Below the pieces are notes generated by a model. The model made no database searches. It saw only the letters and a program-made list of their open reading frames with translations, and had not been told where the DNA came from. A DNA stretch of 64,000 bases from assembly GCA_021613535.1 (NCBI GenBank), contig CP075492.1:14260001-14324000 (forward strand), in the 5' to 3' direction. Numbering within the stretch: position 1 is the first letter of the stretch; each line of letters opens with the position of its first letter. Source of the stretch: Adineta vaga (Eukaryota > Animalia > Rotifera). The position numbers and the translations under genes are program-made. Shown here in pieces: positions 61,099-64,000 of this stretch.

Positions 61099-62025
61099 AT
61101 GGCATCATTAACGATTACAGAAAACTCGACCCGAACGGTTGTCGAACCATGGTTTATCCCTGTCAATATATTTGCGATAATCTGCAATGTCTTGGCTACT
61201 ACAATGGCAATAGTTTCTTTAATTATAATTATTTTTGATAAAACATGTCGAACTGTTCCAATGATACTTGTTGGCAATACATGTGTGACTACACTTGCAT
61301 TTGCAATCAATATTCTTTGTATGAACGCATTTACTCTCTACAATGATCTCAAACAGATTGAATATGAATATTCGTTTTGTGTTCTGCTAGGATATTTAAG
61401 TTATACTACATGTGCTATACAAAATTATTCTTTTCTATTACATGCAATTTATCGATATTTATTAATTGTTCATCCCACTCGTTTATTCTGGCATTCGTGG
61501 CAAATTCAAACATTGTTCATTTCTATAACATGGATTATGGTTAGTTTGTTTCCATTGTTATTTCTCTACACTGGTCAACTCATTTACGATGTAGATAATC
61601 AAATGTGTCAAATGTCTCTTGGATTCTCCTTTCCAGTCATTTATATGGCATTTTGTCTCTATATAGTTCCTTTCTCGATGACTATGTCTATCTATTTGAT
61701 ATTAGTTCGATATGTTAAAAAAATGAATACACATATGGTAACAATGAACAGATTATCACGAGCACAACGAGATTTAAAAATGGTTCGACGTATAATTATA
61801 CTTATAATAATTCTTATTGGAATTTTTTTTCCTTATCAATTATTTCTTATATTGTCATTCTTTAATCGTGCACCAAGATATAATTTTCGAATTGGTTTTC
61901 TCTTTGGTGAAATAGGAATGGTTTATGTCATCGTTGCTTTATTTAAACTTACAGATCCACTCAAAATGGCGCTAATGAAAATAATAATAAAACCAACAAA
62001 TATGATCATACCAACTGTATCATAA
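61099..62025 (+). CDS. Rhodopsin-like 7TM GPCR
   Basis: 7 TM; FC..GY, AIYRY at the DRY position, ECL2 Cys, RDLKMVRRI, TDP in TM7. Confidence 0.85.
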   Translation: MASLTITENSTRTVVEPWFIPVNIFAIICNVLATTMAIVSLIIIIFDKTCRTVPMILVGNTCVTTLAFAINILCMNAFTLYNDLKQIEYEYSFCVLLGYLSYTTCAIQNYSFLLHAIYRYLLIVHPTRLFWHSWQIQTLFISITWIMVSLFPLLFLYTGQLIYDVDNQMCQMSLGFSFPVIYMAFCLYIVPFSMTMSIYLILVRYVKKMNTHMVTMNRLSRAQRDLKMVRRIIILIIILIGIFFPYQLFLILSFFNRAPRYNFRIGFLFGEIGMVYVIVALFKLTDPLKMALMKIIIKPTNMIIPTVS

Positions 62026-62502
62026 TTGGAAAGCTATTGTATCAAGATTATATTGTTTTATAACAAAAATACGAGAATAAATTTACCTTCCAATCCATAG
62101 TATTTACCACATAGAATCTCTTAGTTTCATATATACTTTGTGAGAATCTGATTGGTAAGATATACCAATGATATTCATGAGATAGCATGTGTTTGTCAAA
62201 CTTTATGTGCCTTAGTTATGATTTAACTTAATAGATAAAACAATAGATTCTCACAGAGAACAAATACTTGCAACGTCAACACCATGGTATCGGTTCAAAT
62301 TTAGTATTCTACTAATGAAGCACAAAAAATCAATATTAGTCGCTTATGTGCGTCTGTTTGAACGTCATCCGATACTTTTTCAGCAAAAAAATTTGTATAT
62401 TTTTCAGTAGGATATAGAAGAGAGTCATTAGGTTAAATCTTGGATCGCTATCTCTACTTTTTCAGCTAAAATTATCAAATTTATTCTCGTAAAACTTTTA
62501 AT

Positions 62503-63979
62503 ATGCCTGATAAGATCATATCTTCATCAGAACGAAGTGCTTGTTTCAATTGGGGTCGTCTTCTATTTTCGGCGTCTTTTCCACTTGTACTCGGCATCTT
62601 TAGTATCATTTTTACAATACAGCAAAATTCAATTTCTCAAGCAAATCGTGAACAAGATCAACGTCAAGCAAATGAACTTCGTCAACAGAATATCTACGAT
62701 GCGTATATTAACGATATATCAAAATTACTTCTAAGCCCTACGTTTAATCGATCGAATCCACAACAATTGAATTATATCGGATTTAAAACCGTAGATATTA
62801 TAAAACATTTGAGCAATGCTCAGAAACGTGATGTTATTTTTTTTCTATACAATCACGAATTGATTCGAAGAGATAAACCAATTAGTCAACGTGTCAATTT
62901 AACTGGAGCAGATTTGGCTGATGTTCATTTCATACAATCGACTTCTCTGAATTGCTATCTTCGAGATATAAATTTGGGATATATTCTTGCTTCGAACATT
63001 GTCTTCGATAAATGTGATATCAGTTTTGGTGTATTTCAGGGAGCTTGGCTGGTTGGAGCAAAGTTCATGAGATCACTTATGCATGGTTCGAAATTTCAAA
63101 AGGCTAATTTGACTGATGCTATATTTGATGGCAATAATATCAATCAAATAAGTTTTCCACATGCAACACTTATTAATTCAAAATTTTTGGGGATGAAACC
63201 TTTTATTACTGATTTCACCAATGCAGATTTGTTAAACAGTGATCTCACTAATAAAGATTTATCGTCTATGAAACATATTATCCGCAATACTCGATTTCCA
63301 AACGGTTCTTTCAGTGTCGTGGACAACTCTCAATTAATTATTGATGGTGGCGCAGAAGATGCAGTAAGTTTTTGAAAAAGTTTTCCAAGAACGCAGGATT
63401 GAATACTTTTCTAGTGCAACCGTAGTCTACGTAAGAAGGATTGGATGGTATTTGAAAAGTCTGTTGGTCTTGATTTCTACAACACAAATAGTACTAATCT
63501 GAATATTCCTAGTGGTGTAAGTGGCAATTGTTATTTTGGTAAGAATAAGACGGGTGTTTTGTATCAATACGTCTCGAAAATTTCTTATTCATTGTTAATT
63601 AACCATGAAATTGCTTATTTCAATCTTTCTGCACTCATGGGTTGCACAATACCGAATAGAAATAATGATCATGCTCTGATTGATGTGCGATGTTTCGATG
63701 AATTTCATAGTGGTCCTGTATGTGGTGGAATAAGTATTAAAAGCATAACTTCTTTGTGTTTGTTCCTTTTCTATTTTGAAAGAATTTATAGGAACAAATA
63801 AAACCTTATCTGGCTTTCATTATTATACGACAGTTGTATTTATTCCAAAAGGAACTGTACATTTGAGAATTTGGATTGAAGTTAATATAAAAATTCCTTC
63901 GAACTCCATTGATAGTGCTGTACAATCTTGTTTTATTGACGAAATAAAACTATTCATTTTCAAGAAAGAAAAATGGTAA
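62503..63979 (+). CDS. Single-TM pentapeptide-repeat protein, ~3 exons
   Basis: N-terminal TM + QREQDQRQ coil; (A/S)(D/N)(L/F)xx repeats (LTGADLADVHF, FQKANLTDAIF, FTNADL); FPNGS cap; introns ~63364-63414 and ~63734-63791. Confidence 0.8.
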
Positions 63980-64000
63980 GAATAATCAGTGTTCGTCTTC

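Noticed and set aside
62135-62260. Imperfect inverted repeat tgtgagaatct/agattctcaca ~100 bp apart
   Set aside because: Short, with no TSD; insufficient for a MITE call.

Overview
AT-rich eukaryotic DNA with many ~50-60 nt GT-AG introns. The content (intronless rhodopsin-like GPCR expansions, bacterial-like enzymes, pentapeptide and FG-GAP genes, a jockey/Hebe-like LINE, a Zator-like transposase) points to a bdelloid rotifer; this is inferred, not proven. Left to right: (1) a helical, probably ARM-like gene running off the left edge; (2) a head-to-head pair of ancient paralogues with a KH-like/Macro-like/TIR architecture, one keeping the TIR catalytic Glu and one lacking it; (3) an ODF3/SHIPPO-repeat gene; (4) a 4-kb island of three intronless bacterial-type enzymes (SAM methyltransferase, D-2-hydroxyacid dehydrogenase, TauD); (5) three near-identical GPCR paralogues, the middle one split by a full-length LINE with TSD and poly(A); (6) an ABCB1-like transporter with a 1-nt frameshift; (7) an intron-rich Zator-like transposase gene; (8) a 1326-aa intronless orphan; (9) two Ly6/uPAR-like genes; (10) a LamG + FG-GAP secreted protein; (11) mitochondrial IF1; (12) a Gal-3-O-sulfotransferase disrupted by a 315-bp MITE; (13) further GPCRs and a pentapeptide-repeat gene. 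The best candidate for an undescribed system is the divergent Macro-TIR pair. All family calls come from motif recognition by eye. No searches were run, and exon boundaries are manual and approximate.
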